Part shown: in pieces, positions 28,646 to 38,116 of the stretch
Layout: each line of letters starts with the position of its first letter
How positions within the stretch are numbered: position 1 is the first letter of the stretch
Assembly (NCBI GenBank): GCA_029210695.1
Contig: JARGFH010000027.1
Coordinates: 1-48,768 of the forward strand
Direction of reading: 5' to 3'
DNA: 48,768 bases
Origin: Acidimicrobiia bacterium
GTDB taxonomy: Bacteria; Actinomycetota; Acidimicrobiia; Spongiisociales; JAHEDJ01
Translations under genes and position numbers: made by a program
The notes under the pieces: model-generated
What the model was told of the DNA's origin: nothing
Databases searched by the model: none
What the model saw: the letters and a program-made list of their open reading frames with translations, nothing else

Positions 28646-29176
28646 TTACTTGCGGATCAGGCGGCGTTGTTCTTTTATCAGTTCGAGGTTCGGGGTCGAG
28701 ATCTGCTCGTATGTCATGTACGCCTCTGGATTGACCGATTTGACGATCCGCATGGCCTCCCGCGACCGCTTTCGCGGGATCACGGTGAATGTGACCCGGA
28801 CCGCGCCGTCCATGCCCTCGGCGTTGACGACGGTCGCCCCGAAACCGGCCTCCCGCAAGGCGGGCGCCGCCGCCGGGCTTTCGACCGGTGCGACGATCTG
28901 GAGAAGGCTGTCGCCCAGGGCGAGCCAGCGCTCAACGGTTCCACCGAGCATCGTTCCCGCCGAGAACCCACCGGCGAAGGCAACGATCTTGAGGGGTGAA
29001 TCGAGGTTCGTGAGAACCTGACCGGCCGCCAGGACCCAGACCAGCGATTCGAAGAAGCCGAGGGCGCCGGCGAGGAGTCTCCGCCCGCGGACGAGCATCA
29101 CGATGCGCAGCGTACCGAGGGTCTGATCGGTGACGCGCATGAAGAAGATCAGGAGTGCGCTGAGAATGAGGGCCAT
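28646..29176 (-). CDS. UPF0316/DUF2179 family membrane protein
   Basis: IFFMRV.D.TLGTLR, LGFFE.L.W, FAGGF.AG..LG..VE..LALG, LREAGFGAT. Confidence 0.88.
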   Translation of the reverse strand: MALILSALLIFFMRVTDQTLGTLRIVMLVRGRRLLAGALGFFESLVWVLAAGQVLTNLDSPLKIVAFAGGFSAGTMLGGTVERWLALGDSLLQIVAPVESPAAAPALREAGFGATVVNAEGMDGAVRVTFTVIPRKRSREAMRIVKSVNPEAYMTYEQISTPNLELIKEQRRLIRK

Positions 29177-29255
29177 GAGGCACTGAGTGTAGGGGCCCGT
29201 CGATCATGACCGGTCGATCGGCCTGGTAGCGTCCCATTCCCGTTCTGGAGAGCAG

Positions 29256-30761
29256 ATGCCCGCCCCCGCAGCCAATGTCACGCCCCCCGAAGGTGTCGAC
29301 TACGCCCGCAAATGGCAGGCGATGGTGGCGGTCGGCCTCGGCATCATCATGTCGACAATCGATGGTTCCATCGTCAACGTGGCTTTGCCGACGCTCGTCG
29401 ATGCATTCGACACGACCTTCCCGGTTGTGCAGTGGGTCGTTCTTGCCTACTCACTCACCCTTGCGTCGCTCTCGCTGATGGTCGGCCGCCTCGGCGACAT
29501 GATCGGCAAGAAACCGATCTACACCGCCGGCTTTGTCGTATTCACGTCCGGATCGGTGCTGGCCGGGCTCTCGCCGAGCATCGGTTGGCTCATCGGATTC
29601 CGGGTGCTCCAGGCGCTCGGCGCGGTGATGGTTCTGTCGCTGGGACTGGCAATCGTGGCGGAGGCGTTCCCTCCCTGGGAGCGAGGCCGGGCACTCGGCA
29701 TCGCCGGCAGCCTGGTTTCGATCGGTATCGTCGTCGGCCCCACCGTTGGTGGCCTGTTGATTCAGACGCTCGACTGGCGCTGGATCTTCTATGTGAATCT
29801 TCCGATCGGCGTGGTGGGGACGGTCGCAGCCTCGCGGTTCGTTCCGGCGGTTCGACCCAGGGGAGGCCAGACGTTCGACCACCCGGGGGCCGTGCTCCTC
29901 TTCTTCACCCTCCTCTGTATCTCCCTGGCGTTGACGGTCGGCCAGACCGTGGGGTTCGCCGATGGGCGGATACTGCTGCTGTTTGCGGGCGCAGTGATCG
30001 GCCTCATCTCGTTCGTGAAGTTCGAACTCAGGCGAGTCCAGCCGATGCTGGACCTGCGGTTGTTCCGCCAGCGCCTGCTATCGGTCAGCGTCGGCACCGG
30101 ATATCTGACCTTCGTGGCAGTTGCCGGATCATTCATCCTCTTTCCGTTCTACCTTCAGAATGTGCTCGGGTATGAACCGGGCGCCGTCGGTGTGATGCTG
30201 GCCGGACCATCGGTGGCAATCGCGCTCATCGCACCGATCAGCGGAAGCCTGTCGGATCGATTCGGCTCCAGGCCGATGACGGTGGTCGGGCTGGCCGTTC
30301 TCGTTGTCGGCTATGCGTCTCTGCGGACGCTGGGTGTCGACACGTCCGCCATCGGGTTTGTCCTCTTGACGGTGCCGATCGGTGTCGGCATGGGCATGTT
30401 CCAATCGCCCAACAACAGCGCCATCATGGGATCCGTGCCTCCCGAGCAATACGGGGTCGCTTCCGGCCTACTGTCGATCACTCGCATACTCGGCCAGGTG
30501 ACAGGTATCGCTCTCCTGGGCGCATTCTGGGCGATACGGGTGGCGGCCAATTCCGGAAGCGAGTACCGGGGTGCGGCCACCACGGCCGGGACAGGTGCAC
30601 AGGTGGCGGCCTTTCGTGATGTGATGCTGGTGGTCTCGGTGGCGATCGCCCTAGGCCTCGGGGCGGCGATCTGGGGATTGGCGGAAGAACGCCGTAGCCG
30701 CCAGGACGGCACCCACCAGAAGACCAGCCGAGTACCACCAGATCGGGCCGGAACCGAGTGA
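29256..30761 (+). CDS. DHA2 (EmrB/QacA-like) 14-TM MFS transporter
   Basis: IDGSIVNVALP, QWVV.AY, GRLGDMIGKK, ERGRALG, WRWIFYVNLPIG, FQSPNNSAIMG. Confidence 0.93.
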   Translation: MPAPAANVTPPEGVDYARKWQAMVAVGLGIIMSTIDGSIVNVALPTLVDAFDTTFPVVQWVVLAYSLTLASLSLMVGRLGDMIGKKPIYTAGFVVFTSGSVLAGLSPSIGWLIGFRVLQALGAVMVLSLGLAIVAEAFPPWERGRALGIAGSLVSIGIVVGPTVGGLLIQTLDWRWIFYVNLPIGVVGTVAASRFVPAVRPRGGQTFDHPGAVLLFFTLLCISLALTVGQTVGFADGRILLLFAGAVIGLISFVKFELRRVQPMLDLRLFRQRLLSVSVGTGYLTFVAVAGSFILFPFYLQNVLGYEPGAVGVMLAGPSVAIALIAPISGSLSDRFGSRPMTVVGLAVLVVGYASLRTLGVDTSAIGFVLLTVPIGVGMGMFQSPNNSAIMGSVPPEQYGVASGLLSITRILGQVTGIALLGAFWAIRVAANSGSEYRGAATTAGTGAQVAAFRDVMLVVSVAIALGLGAAIWGLAEERRSRQDGTHQKTSRVPPDRAGTE

Positions 30762-31352
30762 GGGTCGGATCGGCTCGGTGATCAGCCGGATCGCGCCGGC
30801 GGTGGCCAGAGCACCGGCCGCCACCACACCGGGACGGGTGAGCCGACGGAGCAGAAATAGCGCACCGAGAGCGGCGGCCGCGAAGACAAACGCCGCATAG
30901 AGCTCGGTTGGATGTCGGGTGAGGGAAGAGCCGGGCTCCGCAAACGCCCAGGGGACCTCCGAGCGAGTACCGAGACATGTCCCCCTGAACACGCACCCAC
31001 CGTGCCAACCGGCCAGCCCGGCGAGCACCGCCGGTGAGACGAGGTCCAGCGCGGCGGGCAGCGAGCGGCGGATTGCCCAGATGAGGAACAACAGCGCGCC
31101 GATGCTGGCGAAACCGGTGTCGACGCCACCCCTGATCAAGATGATGTCGGCCGGGTGAGTCAACGGATTCGTCCCGGTGAGGAGCATCGCGGCGATACGC
31201 CCGGCCACCAATCCAAAGACGGCCGCGCCCAGGAGGGTATCGAACCAATCGGACCGATCGTCCGGAAGGAGGCCAAGGCGCCGTTCGAGTCGCAGCATCA
31301 GCCATAGAGCGCCGACTGCCAGCAATGCCGCCCAGAGCAGGGTGAACTCCAT
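30651..31352 (-). CDS. Divergent Lgt (prolipoprotein diacylglyceryl transferase)-like membrane protein
   Basis: GLVAGRI, IRGG, LDLVSPA, GC...GTC.G..S.VPWA, RHPTELY; canonical catalytic motifs appear altered. Confidence 0.75.
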   Translation of the reverse strand: MEFTLLWAALLAVGALWLMLRLERRLGLLPDDRSDWFDTLLGAAVFGLVAGRIAAMLLTGTNPLTHPADIILIRGGVDTGFASIGALLFLIWAIRRSLPAALDLVSPAVLAGLAGWHGGCVFRGTCLGTRSEVPWAFAEPGSSLTRHPTELYAAFVFAAAALGALFLLRRLTRPGVVAAGALATAGAIRLITEPIRPSLGSGPIWWYSAGLLVGAVLAATAFFRQSPDRRPEA

Positions 31353-31400
31353 CAGGCGTTCACAGAGATACTGCGGTTGAGCCGCGTTGGTCGATCGGGA

Positions 31401-31473
31401 GGTTCTAGGTTGTAGGTTGTAGGTTCTGCCGGCGTCGTACGTGCCCGGAACCTAGAACCCAAAACCCAGAACC
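31401..31473. repeat. Inverted pair of heptamer tandem-repeat blocks
   Basis: GGTTCTA-GGTTGTA-GGTTGTA-GGTTC (31401-31426) faces GAACCTAGAACCCAAAACCCAGAACC (31448-31473). Confidence 0.75.
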
Positions 31474-31488
31474 TCGAACGTCTCTTTG

Positions 31489-31962
31489 TCATCGGTTCAG
31501 GATCTCGTCTATCTGGAGTGAGAGGGTGCGCTCGTCGATCACGCCGTTGTGCCGGTAGACGAGCTCGCCTCCCGGTGCGAAGAAGTAGGTGATGGGCACT
31601 CCGACCCCGCCCAGCCTTGCCCGCACCGTTCCGGACCTATCGAAGTAGTTGTCGAATTCGAGGCCGTACTCGGAGATGAACTGGCGGGCGTTCTCTTGGG
31701 TGTCTTCAATATCAACACCGATGAAGCTCACCCGGTCACCGAACGCCTCATAGGCCGCGAAGAGCAGAGGGGCTTCAGATCGGCAGGGAATACACCAGGA
31801 AGCCCACACATTCAGCACGATCGGATCCCCGGATTCGAGGAGGCTGCTGAGGATCGCATCATCGATCGGGGGCAACTCAGGCACCTCGAGCGGAGCAGAC
31901 GTGGTTCCACAGGCGGTCAGGATCACGATGATGCTCAGCACTGTCGCCGCCATTCGTCTCAT
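31489..31962 (-). CDS. TlpA/ResA-like thiol-disulfide oxidoreductase lipoprotein (CxxC)
   Basis: Lipobox LTAC, VLNVWASWCIPCRSEAP, GVPITYF. Confidence 0.92.
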   Translation of the reverse strand: MRRMAATVLSIIVILTACGTTSAPLEVPELPPIDDAILSSLLESGDPIVLNVWASWCIPCRSEAPLLFAAYEAFGDRVSFIGVDIEDTQENARQFISEYGLEFDNYFDRSGTVRARLGGVGVPITYFFAPGGELVYRHNGVIDERTLSLQIDEILNR

Positions 31963-33419
31963 GGGTCCGCTCTCGGAAGTCGAATCGTGAAGGTCGATCC
32001 CCGGCCGGGGCCGGCTGAGCCGACAGTCAGCTCGCCGTCGTGTGAGCGTACGATCGTGCGCGAAATCGTGAGTCCGATTCCCGACCCGGCAGAGGTCTTC
32101 CCTTCGCCCTCAACGCGATGAAAGCGCTCGAAGATCTGCTGGAGTTCGTCCGGCGGGATGCCCTCTCCGGTGTCGTGAACGGACACCTCGCACGAAACCT
32201 CATCGCATGAGGCCGTCAACCACACGCGTCCTCCCTCCGGTGTATGGACGAGCGCGTTGCCCACGATGTTGGTGAAGGCCTGCGCCAGGCGATCGGCGTC
32301 TCCGTGGATCGGCAAGTCGGGCGCCGGCCCGATCGAAAGCTCGACTTCCTTGTCGAGGAACTGTGGCCGGAGCCGCTCGGCTGCCCGGGCGGCGACCTCG
32401 CCGAGGTCCGCATGCTGTAGGTCAAGGACCAGTGCCCCCTCCTCAGCGCGCGAGAGCAGTGCGAGGTCGGCGGTGAGTCGCTTCAGTCGGGTTGCCTCCT
32501 CGGCTACTTCGAGGTAGACCTCTGGAGTCGGTTCGAAGACGCCGTCGATCAAGCCCTCCATGTAACCCTGGATGGTGGTGAGCGGGGTGCGGAGCTCATG
32601 AGCGAGGTCCGACATGAGCCTGCTTCGCTGCTGCTCCGTCCTGGCGAGCGTGTCGCCGAGCGCGTTGACATCCGTGGCGAGTTTGGCGAGTTCCACCTCA
32701 CGGGGAACCGGTACCCGTTCGTCGTATCGACCGTCGGCAAGTCGCCGCGTGGCTGCCTGTACGTTGCGCAATGGTCGCAGAATGCGTCGTGACGTCAGCG
32801 CAGCCAGGGCGGTCGCCAGGACGAGGCTGGCGAGGAGAGCTATCCACAAGCCCTTGTTGAGGGCATCGTCGAAGGCGTTCTCGAGGTCTATGACGATCGT
32901 CTCAGTGCCGCCGACTCCTCTTGGCCCCTGCTGGGCCGCCTCGAATTCGGTCGGGTTCAGCGCTTCTGCTCCATGAGACCGAGTTCCTCCGTCGCCCGAT
33001 CGTGGGGCCGCATCGCTTCCGCTACCACCGGTACCACCGGTACCTCCTGTTCCACCTGTTCCACCTGCGCCTCCGGTTCCACCCGGCCCGCCCGGACCGC
33101 CCGGACCGCTCCCGTCGTTGCCGGGGCCCATTCCGGGGGTGGTGGCAGCGGTCGTCGGGGTCGCGCCGTCGCTGGTCGGTGAGGAGTCGCCGGTCTGACC
33201 CGCAGTCGGGTCCGTGGTCCCGCTCAAGACTGTTGAATCAGTGGTCTCCGGAGTGGCCTGCCTTCCGAATCCGTACTGCTGTCCGATCGTCGACACCTGC
33301 GCTTCGAACTCGGACGGCGCCAGGAGTTGCAGCGTCACCGTCATGACGGTCAACGTCACACCGATCACTCCTACATACGACAGGAGGAGGCGAACATCGA
33401 GGCGGCGGAGGACCTTCAT
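31959..33419 (-). CDS. BaeS-like sensor histidine kinase with a low-complexity extracytoplasmic region
   Basis: Two TM segments flanking a T/P/G-rich region, HAMP, AHELRTPL, NIVGNA, DTGEGI, GSGIGL; ATGA overlap with the response regulator. Confidence 0.93.
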   Translation of the reverse strand: MKVLRRLDVRLLLSYVGVIGVTLTVMTVTLQLLAPSEFEAQVSTIGQQYGFGRQATPETTDSTVLSGTTDPTAGQTGDSSPTSDGATPTTAATTPGMGPGNDGSGPGGPGGPGGTGGAGGTGGTGGTGGTGGSGSDAAPRSGDGGTRSHGAEALNPTEFEAAQQGPRGVGGTETIVIDLENAFDDALNKGLWIALLASLVLATALAALTSRRILRPLRNVQAATRRLADGRYDERVPVPREVELAKLATDVNALGDTLARTEQQRSRLMSDLAHELRTPLTTIQGYMEGLIDGVFEPTPEVYLEVAEEATRLKRLTADLALLSRAEEGALVLDLQHADLGEVAARAAERLRPQFLDKEVELSIGPAPDLPIHGDADRLAQAFTNIVGNALVHTPEGGRVWLTASCDEVSCEVSVHDTGEGIPPDELQQIFERFHRVEGEGKTSAGSGIGLTISRTIVRSHDGELTVGSAGPGRGSTFTIRLPRADP

Positions 33420-34108
33420 GACTCGAGCAAGAACTTGTAGCCGACACCGCGAACCGTCCCGATGATGGTTGGCTGAGTGGCATCGTCGCCGAGTGCCTTG
33501 CGAAGATTCCGAACGTGGACATCGACAACGCGTTCGTCTCCGAAGAAATCCCAACCCCAGACGCGTTCGAGGAGCTGGCGTCTGCTGAACACTCTCCCCG
33601 GTTCGGAGACGAGCGCAGCCAGAAGGTCGAATTCGAGCGCCGTGAGTTCCACCGGCGCTCCAGAACGGGTGACCTCACGGCGGTCTCCGTCCAGGGTGAG
33701 CCCATCAAAGCGGAAGGCGTTGGCTTCTGGTTTCGGAAGACCACGATCGCGTCTGAGCACGGCTTTGATGCGGGCGAGGAGTTCGCGCGGGCTAAACGGC
33801 TTGGAGAGGTAATCGTCGGCGCCGACGGAAAGACCGATCAGTTTGTCGACCTCCTCAGTCTTGGCCGTCAGCATCACAACGTAAACGTTTGAGAACGTTC
33901 GCAACTCGCGCAGGACCTCAATGCCATCGAGGCCCGGGAGCATGACATCCAGCACGATCAAATCAGGGTTATGGGACCGTGCTTTGTCTAGCGCCTCCCG
34001 GCCGCCGGCCGCCTCAATGACCGTGTAGCCGTCCTTTTCGAGATAGGCGCGAACGAGTTGACGGATCTTGCGTTCGTCGTCGACGACCAGGATCGTTCGA
34101 TCGCTCAC
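33416..34108 (-). CDS. OmpR/PhoB family response regulator
   Basis: ILVVDDE, LDVMLP, GADDYLSKPFSPREL, LTALEFDLL, TVRGVGYKF. Confidence 0.95.
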   Translation of the reverse strand: MSDRTILVVDDERKIRQLVRAYLEKDGYTVIEAAGGREALDKARSHNPDLIVLDVMLPGLDGIEVLRELRTFSNVYVVMLTAKTEEVDKLIGLSVGADDYLSKPFSPRELLARIKAVLRRDRGLPKPEANAFRFDGLTLDGDRREVTRSGAPVELTALEFDLLAALVSEPGRVFSRRQLLERVWGWDFFGDERVVDVHVRNLRKALGDDATQPTIIGTVRGVGYKFLLES

Positions 34109-34149
34109 AGGGCCATCCTAGGGATGGCATGAAGGACCACGGGCATAGC

Positions 34150-34182
34150 CCAACCTCCCCCGAGGGGAGCGGGGGAGGTTGG
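34150..34182 (-). terminator. GC-rich hairpin downstream of the Gly-rich secreted protein gene
   Basis: Perfect 13-bp stem CCAACCTCCCCCG/CGGGGGAGGTTGG with a 7-nt loop and no U-tract. Confidence 0.6.
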
Positions 34183-34199
34183 CGCCGGGGACACGATGC

Positions 34200-34874
34200 C
34201 TACTTGCGGCCGCCCGGTCCGGCTCCGTTCTGATTGGCGGATCCGCCCGGGGAGGCAGAGGCGTTTCCACCCGGTCCGGGGCCGAACTCGTTTCCGATAC
34301 CGTCCCGGGTTCCAGCTTGGATTGGGCCGGTGCCGTCCTGGGGTCCTGGACCGTTTCCGGTCGTTGCAGGCCCGTAGCCGGCTCCGTCGCCATCCTGGTC
34401 ACCGAACGGACCGTATGGGGCTTCTTCGGCAGTCGGTCCGAATGGTCCGAATGGTCCATCACCGTCGCACTCGCCGTCGCATTCACCTGGCCCGTAGCCG
34501 ACTCCGTCGCCATCCTGGTCACCGAACGGACCGTATGGGGCTTCTTCGGCAGTCGGTCCGAATGGTCCGAATGGTCCATCACCGTCGCACTCGCCGTCGC
34601 ATTCACCTGGCCCAAAACCCTGGCGCTGGAATGGGGCCGCTGCGGAGCCCATCGGGCCTGCACCAAAGCGGGAGCCGGTCTGTGATTGTGCTCCGGCCTG
34701 GAGCCTGATCATCTGGGGCTCGCCCTTCTCGATGTAGTACGAGCAGTCCGAAGGGTCGCCGCCGCCGAGCCTGATCTGCTTGGTTTGGGGGGCGTCGTCC
34801 GCTTGTGCTACTGCGATCGAGGCGGGAATCATCAATGCCGCTACCAACCCGAAAACCGTCACGATTCGTTTCAT
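34200..34874 (-). CDS. Secreted Gly/Asp/Pro-rich protein with a duplicated 40-aa Cys/acidic repeat
   Basis: Signal peptide (AVA-Q), SD AAGGAG, two copies of GPGECDGECDGDGPFGPFGPTAEEAPYGPFGDQDGDG. Confidence 0.8.
   Translation of the reverse strand: MKRIVTVFGLVAALMIPASIAVAQADDAPQTKQIRLGGGDPSDCSYYIEKGEPQMIRLQAGAQSQTGSRFGAGPMGSAAAPFQRQGFGPGECDGECDGDGPFGPFGPTAEEAPYGPFGDQDGDGVGYGPGECDGECDGDGPFGPFGPTAEEAPYGPFGDQDGDGAGYGPATTGNGPGPQDGTGPIQAGTRDGIGNEFGPGPGGNASASPGGSANQNGAGPGGRK
34369..34613. repeat. 120-bp intragenic tandem duplication
   Basis: 34369-34493 and 34489-34613 are identical except at one position (34381 G / 34501 A). Confidence 0.95.
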
Positions 34875-34937
34875 ATGCTTGCTCCTTCCTTCATGTTCAG
34901 TGCATCACCTGCAGGTGAAGGACCAACGGCCCGGCGT

Positions 34938-34954
34938 ATGAAGGTTTCGTGAAG
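34938..34954 (-). promoter_or_regulatory. Candidate OmpR-family direct-repeat binding site
   Basis: CTTCAC-gaaac-CTTCAT on the minus strand (11-nt period), ~65 nt upstream of the secreted-protein gene. Confidence 0.45.
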
Positions 34955-34984
34955 AAGGGGCAATGCTCCGCTAGGTTGAACACC

Positions 34985-36217
34985 ATGGCGCGTAGACCAC
35001 ATATCATTGCGATGGTTCTGGCGGGAGGGAAAGGCAACCGCCTGTTCCCGCTCACCAGGGCACGAGCGAAACCGGCCGTCCCATTTGGCGGGCACTATCG
35101 ATTGGTGGATTTCGTCCTCTCCAATCTGGTCAACGCCAACTACCGTCGCATAGCTGTGCTCACCCAGTACAAGAGCCACAGCCTCGACGTGCACCTCTCG
35201 CAAACGTGGCGCCTGTCACCGATTCTGGGAAGCTACGTGACCCCGGTTCCGGCACAGATGCGTCGTGGTCCTCATTGGTATGCGGGCAGCGCCGACGCGA
35301 TAGCGCAGAACCTCAATATCCTCAGCGACGAGCGCCCCGACTACGTGATCGTATTCGGAGCCGACCACATCTACCGGATGGACCCGGCTCAGATGGTGCA
35401 ACAACACATCGACTCGGGTGCAGGCGTCACCATCGCAGCCATCCCGGTCCCGATCGAAGGCGCCTCGGATTTCGGGATCATCGACGCCGATGCAGACGGC
35501 AAGATCAAACAGTTCCTCGAGAAGCCGGCGGACCCTCCTGCCATGCCCGGACGACCCGACATGGCGCATGCATCAATGGGCAACTACGTGTTCACCGCCG
35601 ACATCCTGAGAGAAGCGGTTTTGTACGACGCAGAGGACGAGGAGTCCCGTCACGATCTTGGCGGGAACGTCATGCCGTATATGACGGAACGCGGCCTCGC
35701 CCGTGTGTACGACTTCGCCGGGAACGACGTACCGGGACAGGAGGAACAAGAACGCGGGTACTGGCGCGACGTTGGGACGCTCGATGCCTACTTCGAAGCC
35801 TCAATGGACCTGATCGCCACATCGCCGGTCTTCAACCTGTACAACGAGGAGTGGCCGATCTTCACCTGGCACTTCCCGTATCCGCCCGCGAAGTTCGTTC
35901 ACGATGAAGACGGCCGGCGCGGCCATGCAATCAACTCGATTGTCTCCAACGGAGCGATCGTTTCCGGTGCGACGGTGCGCCGGTCGATTCTGTCACCCGA
36001 TGTGCGGGTGCGTTCCTACACGGTCGTTGAGGACTCCGTGCTGTTGGACGGCGTGACCGTCGGGCGTGGTGCTGTGATCCGGAGGGCGATCATCGACAAG
36101 GACGTGATGGTCCCGGACGGGTTCCAGATCGGTGTCGACCTCGAGGCGGATCGGCAACGGTTCACGATCTCCGAAGGCGGGATCGTCGTAGTTGGCAAGG
36201 GCCATCTGATCGAGTAG
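34985..36217 (+). CDS. glgC: Glucose-1-phosphate adenylyltransferase
   Basis: [58 protein letters not shown]. Confidence 0.97.
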   Translation: MARRPHIIAMVLAGGKGNRLFPLTRARAKPAVPFGGHYRLVDFVLSNLVNANYRRIAVLTQYKSHSLDVHLSQTWRLSPILGSYVTPVPAQMRRGPHWYAGSADAIAQNLNILSDERPDYVIVFGADHIYRMDPAQMVQQHIDSGAGVTIAAIPVPIEGASDFGIIDADADGKIKQFLEKPADPPAMPGRPDMAHASMGNYVFTADILREAVLYDAEDEESRHDLGGNVMPYMTERGLARVYDFAGNDVPGQEEQERGYWRDVGTLDAYFEASMDLIATSPVFNLYNEEWPIFTWHFPYPPAKFVHDEDGRRGHAINSIVSNGAIVSGATVRRSILSPDVRVRSYTVVEDSVLLDGVTVGRGAVIRRAIIDKDVMVPDGFQIGVDLEADRQRFTISEGGIVVVGKGHLIE

Positions 36218-36277
36218 GGCAGGTCGCCCGCGGGGCCGATTCCCGATTGGCGTGTGCCGTGTCGTAGCCTGCGGCCG

Positions 36278-38116
36278 ATGACCTCTCGCCAGACCGTTGA
36301 TCCGCCCCCCTTCGATGCCGCCCTGCTCGGACGCGGCCGGGCGCTGATCGTCCGCCAGCTTCGACGTGCTCCCCGGCAGTTCGCCATCGGTGGGGCGGGA
36401 ACGATGTTGTTCGCGGCGATGACCATCCTGTCCTCCTATGTGATCGGGTGGATCACCGACGACATCCTTCTGCCTTCTGTGGCCGCCGGAGAGGTCCGGG
36501 TGGCCTCACTCGTCGGCGCGGCGCTGGCGGTCATCGGGGTCGCCCTGGCGCGAGGGATCGGCATCACCTTTCGTCGGTACGGAGCGTATGCCGCCCAATA
36601 CAGACTCCAGGCGCGTGACCGGATCGAAATCACCGATCGATACCTGCAACTGCCGATCGAGTGGCACAGGCGGCACCCGACCGGTCAGCTGTTGTCGAAC
36701 GTCAACGAAGACGTCGAGGCCGCCTCGTTCATTGCCGCCCCGCTGCCGATGGCGTTCGGTGTCATCGTCATGCTCGTCGTTACCGCCACGCTGCTGGTGC
36801 TCACCGACCCGTTTCTCGCCCTCGTTGGATTCGCAGTAGGGCCGGCAATACTCATCGTGAACTTCTTTTACCAGCGCCGGATGCGGGCGGTCGCCGCCTC
36901 GGCCCAGCGTTTGCGCGCAGAAGTAGCCGAGATTGCCCACGAGTCGTTCGATGCCGCCTTGGTCGTCAAGACCCTGGGACGCGAAGACCAGGAGGTGGGC
37001 CGGTTCGGGGATCGATCCGATGCATTGCGCGATCGCATGGTCGAGGTCGGTTCGCTTCGTGCGATGTTCGACCCGCTCATGGAAGCCCTCCCCAACATCG
37101 GAGTCCTGGCCGTGCTGGCCGTCGGAGCATGGCGTGTCCAGCAGGGTGCGGTTACTCCCGGGACCATGATCACTTTTGCGTACCTGTTCCGGCTGGTAGC
37201 GCTGCCGATGCGTGTGTTTGGCTGGCTGCTCGGCGAGATGCCCCGTTCGGTGGTCGGCATGGATCGGATCGAAGGCGTTTTGGGCGAGCAGAGCAAAGTT
37301 GAATACGGAGGGCAGGCGACCGGGAACGGTGGAGGGGCGGCAACCAGTGTGGAGGCGGTCGGTTACCTCTATCCGGAGACCCAGACCGACGACCTCTCCG
37401 CGCAGGCGCAATCGCACAGGTCGGACAACGGCGGCCGGCGCGGTGTCGAGTCGGTGACATTGAGTGTTGCGCCCGGTCGGACCGTGGCGCTCGTTGGCCC
37501 GACCGGTTCTGGGAAGTCGACGCTCGCTCACCTGATGGTCAGGCTCTTTGACCCCGACCGCGGCGAGATCTGCCTGGACGGCCATGGTCTCGCCGAACTC
37601 GAACGGTCTGAGTTGGCTGATTCGGTCAGCCTGGTATTCCAGGAGGTGTTCCTATTCGACGACACCGTCTATAACAACATCACGCTCGGCGGGCAGTACG
37701 ACCTGGCGGAAGTGCAGGAGGCGGCCGAATTGGCCCGGGCCGACGAGTTCATCTCTCAACTGCCGGAGGGATTCGACACTCTGGTGGGGGAGCGGGGTGC
37801 GTCGCTGTCCGGCGGTCAGCGTCAGAGGATCGCGCTGGCCAGGGCGCTCATTCGCCGTCCGCGACTGCTGGTGCTGGACGATGCCACCTCGGCCGTTGAC
37901 CCATCCGTTGAGCAGGAGATCCTGGCCGGCCTGGCCGAACTCGACACCACGGTCGTTATCGTCGCGTACCGGCGTTCCTCGATCGTGTTGTCCGACGAGG
38001 TCATCTACATCGAGGACGGCAGGGTCATGGGCCGGGGACATCACGACGAGCTGTATCAGACGCTGGCGCCGTATCGGAGTCTGATAGACGCGTACGAGCA
38101 AGAGGAAACCCGATGA
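36278..38116 (+). CDS. Heterodimeric ABC exporter subunit A (TMD-NBD, degenerate Walker B/H-loop)
   Basis: Six TM segments, GPTGSGKS, LSGGQRQR, LDDATS (Asp for the catalytic Glu), AYR for AHR. Confidence 0.92.
   Translation: MTSRQTVDPPPFDAALLGRGRALIVRQLRRAPRQFAIGGAGTMLFAAMTILSSYVIGWITDDILLPSVAAGEVRVASLVGAALAVIGVALARGIGITFRRYGAYAAQYRLQARDRIEITDRYLQLPIEWHRRHPTGQLLSNVNEDVEAASFIAAPLPMAFGVIVMLVVTATLLVLTDPFLALVGFAVGPAILIVNFFYQRRMRAVAASAQRLRAEVAEIAHESFDAALVVKTLGREDQEVGRFGDRSDALRDRMVEVGSLRAMFDPLMEALPNIGVLAVLAVGAWRVQQGAVTPGTMITFAYLFRLVALPMRVFGWLLGEMPRSVVGMDRIEGVLGEQSKVEYGGQATGNGGGAATSVEAVGYLYPETQTDDLSAQAQSHRSDNGGRRGVESVTLSVAPGRTVALVGPTGSGKSTLAHLMVRLFDPDRGEICLDGHGLAELERSELADSVSLVFQEVFLFDDTVYNNITLGGQYDLAEVQEAAELARADEFISQLPEGFDTLVGERGASLSGGQRQRIALARALIRRPRLLVLDDATSAVDPSVEQEILAGLAELDTTVVIVAYRRSSIVLSDEVIYIEDGRVMGRGHHDELYQTLAPYRSLIDAYEQEETR

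Noticed and set aside
34369..34613. CRISPR or mobile repeat
   Set aside because: Contiguous in-frame duplication with no spacers, inside a coding sequence
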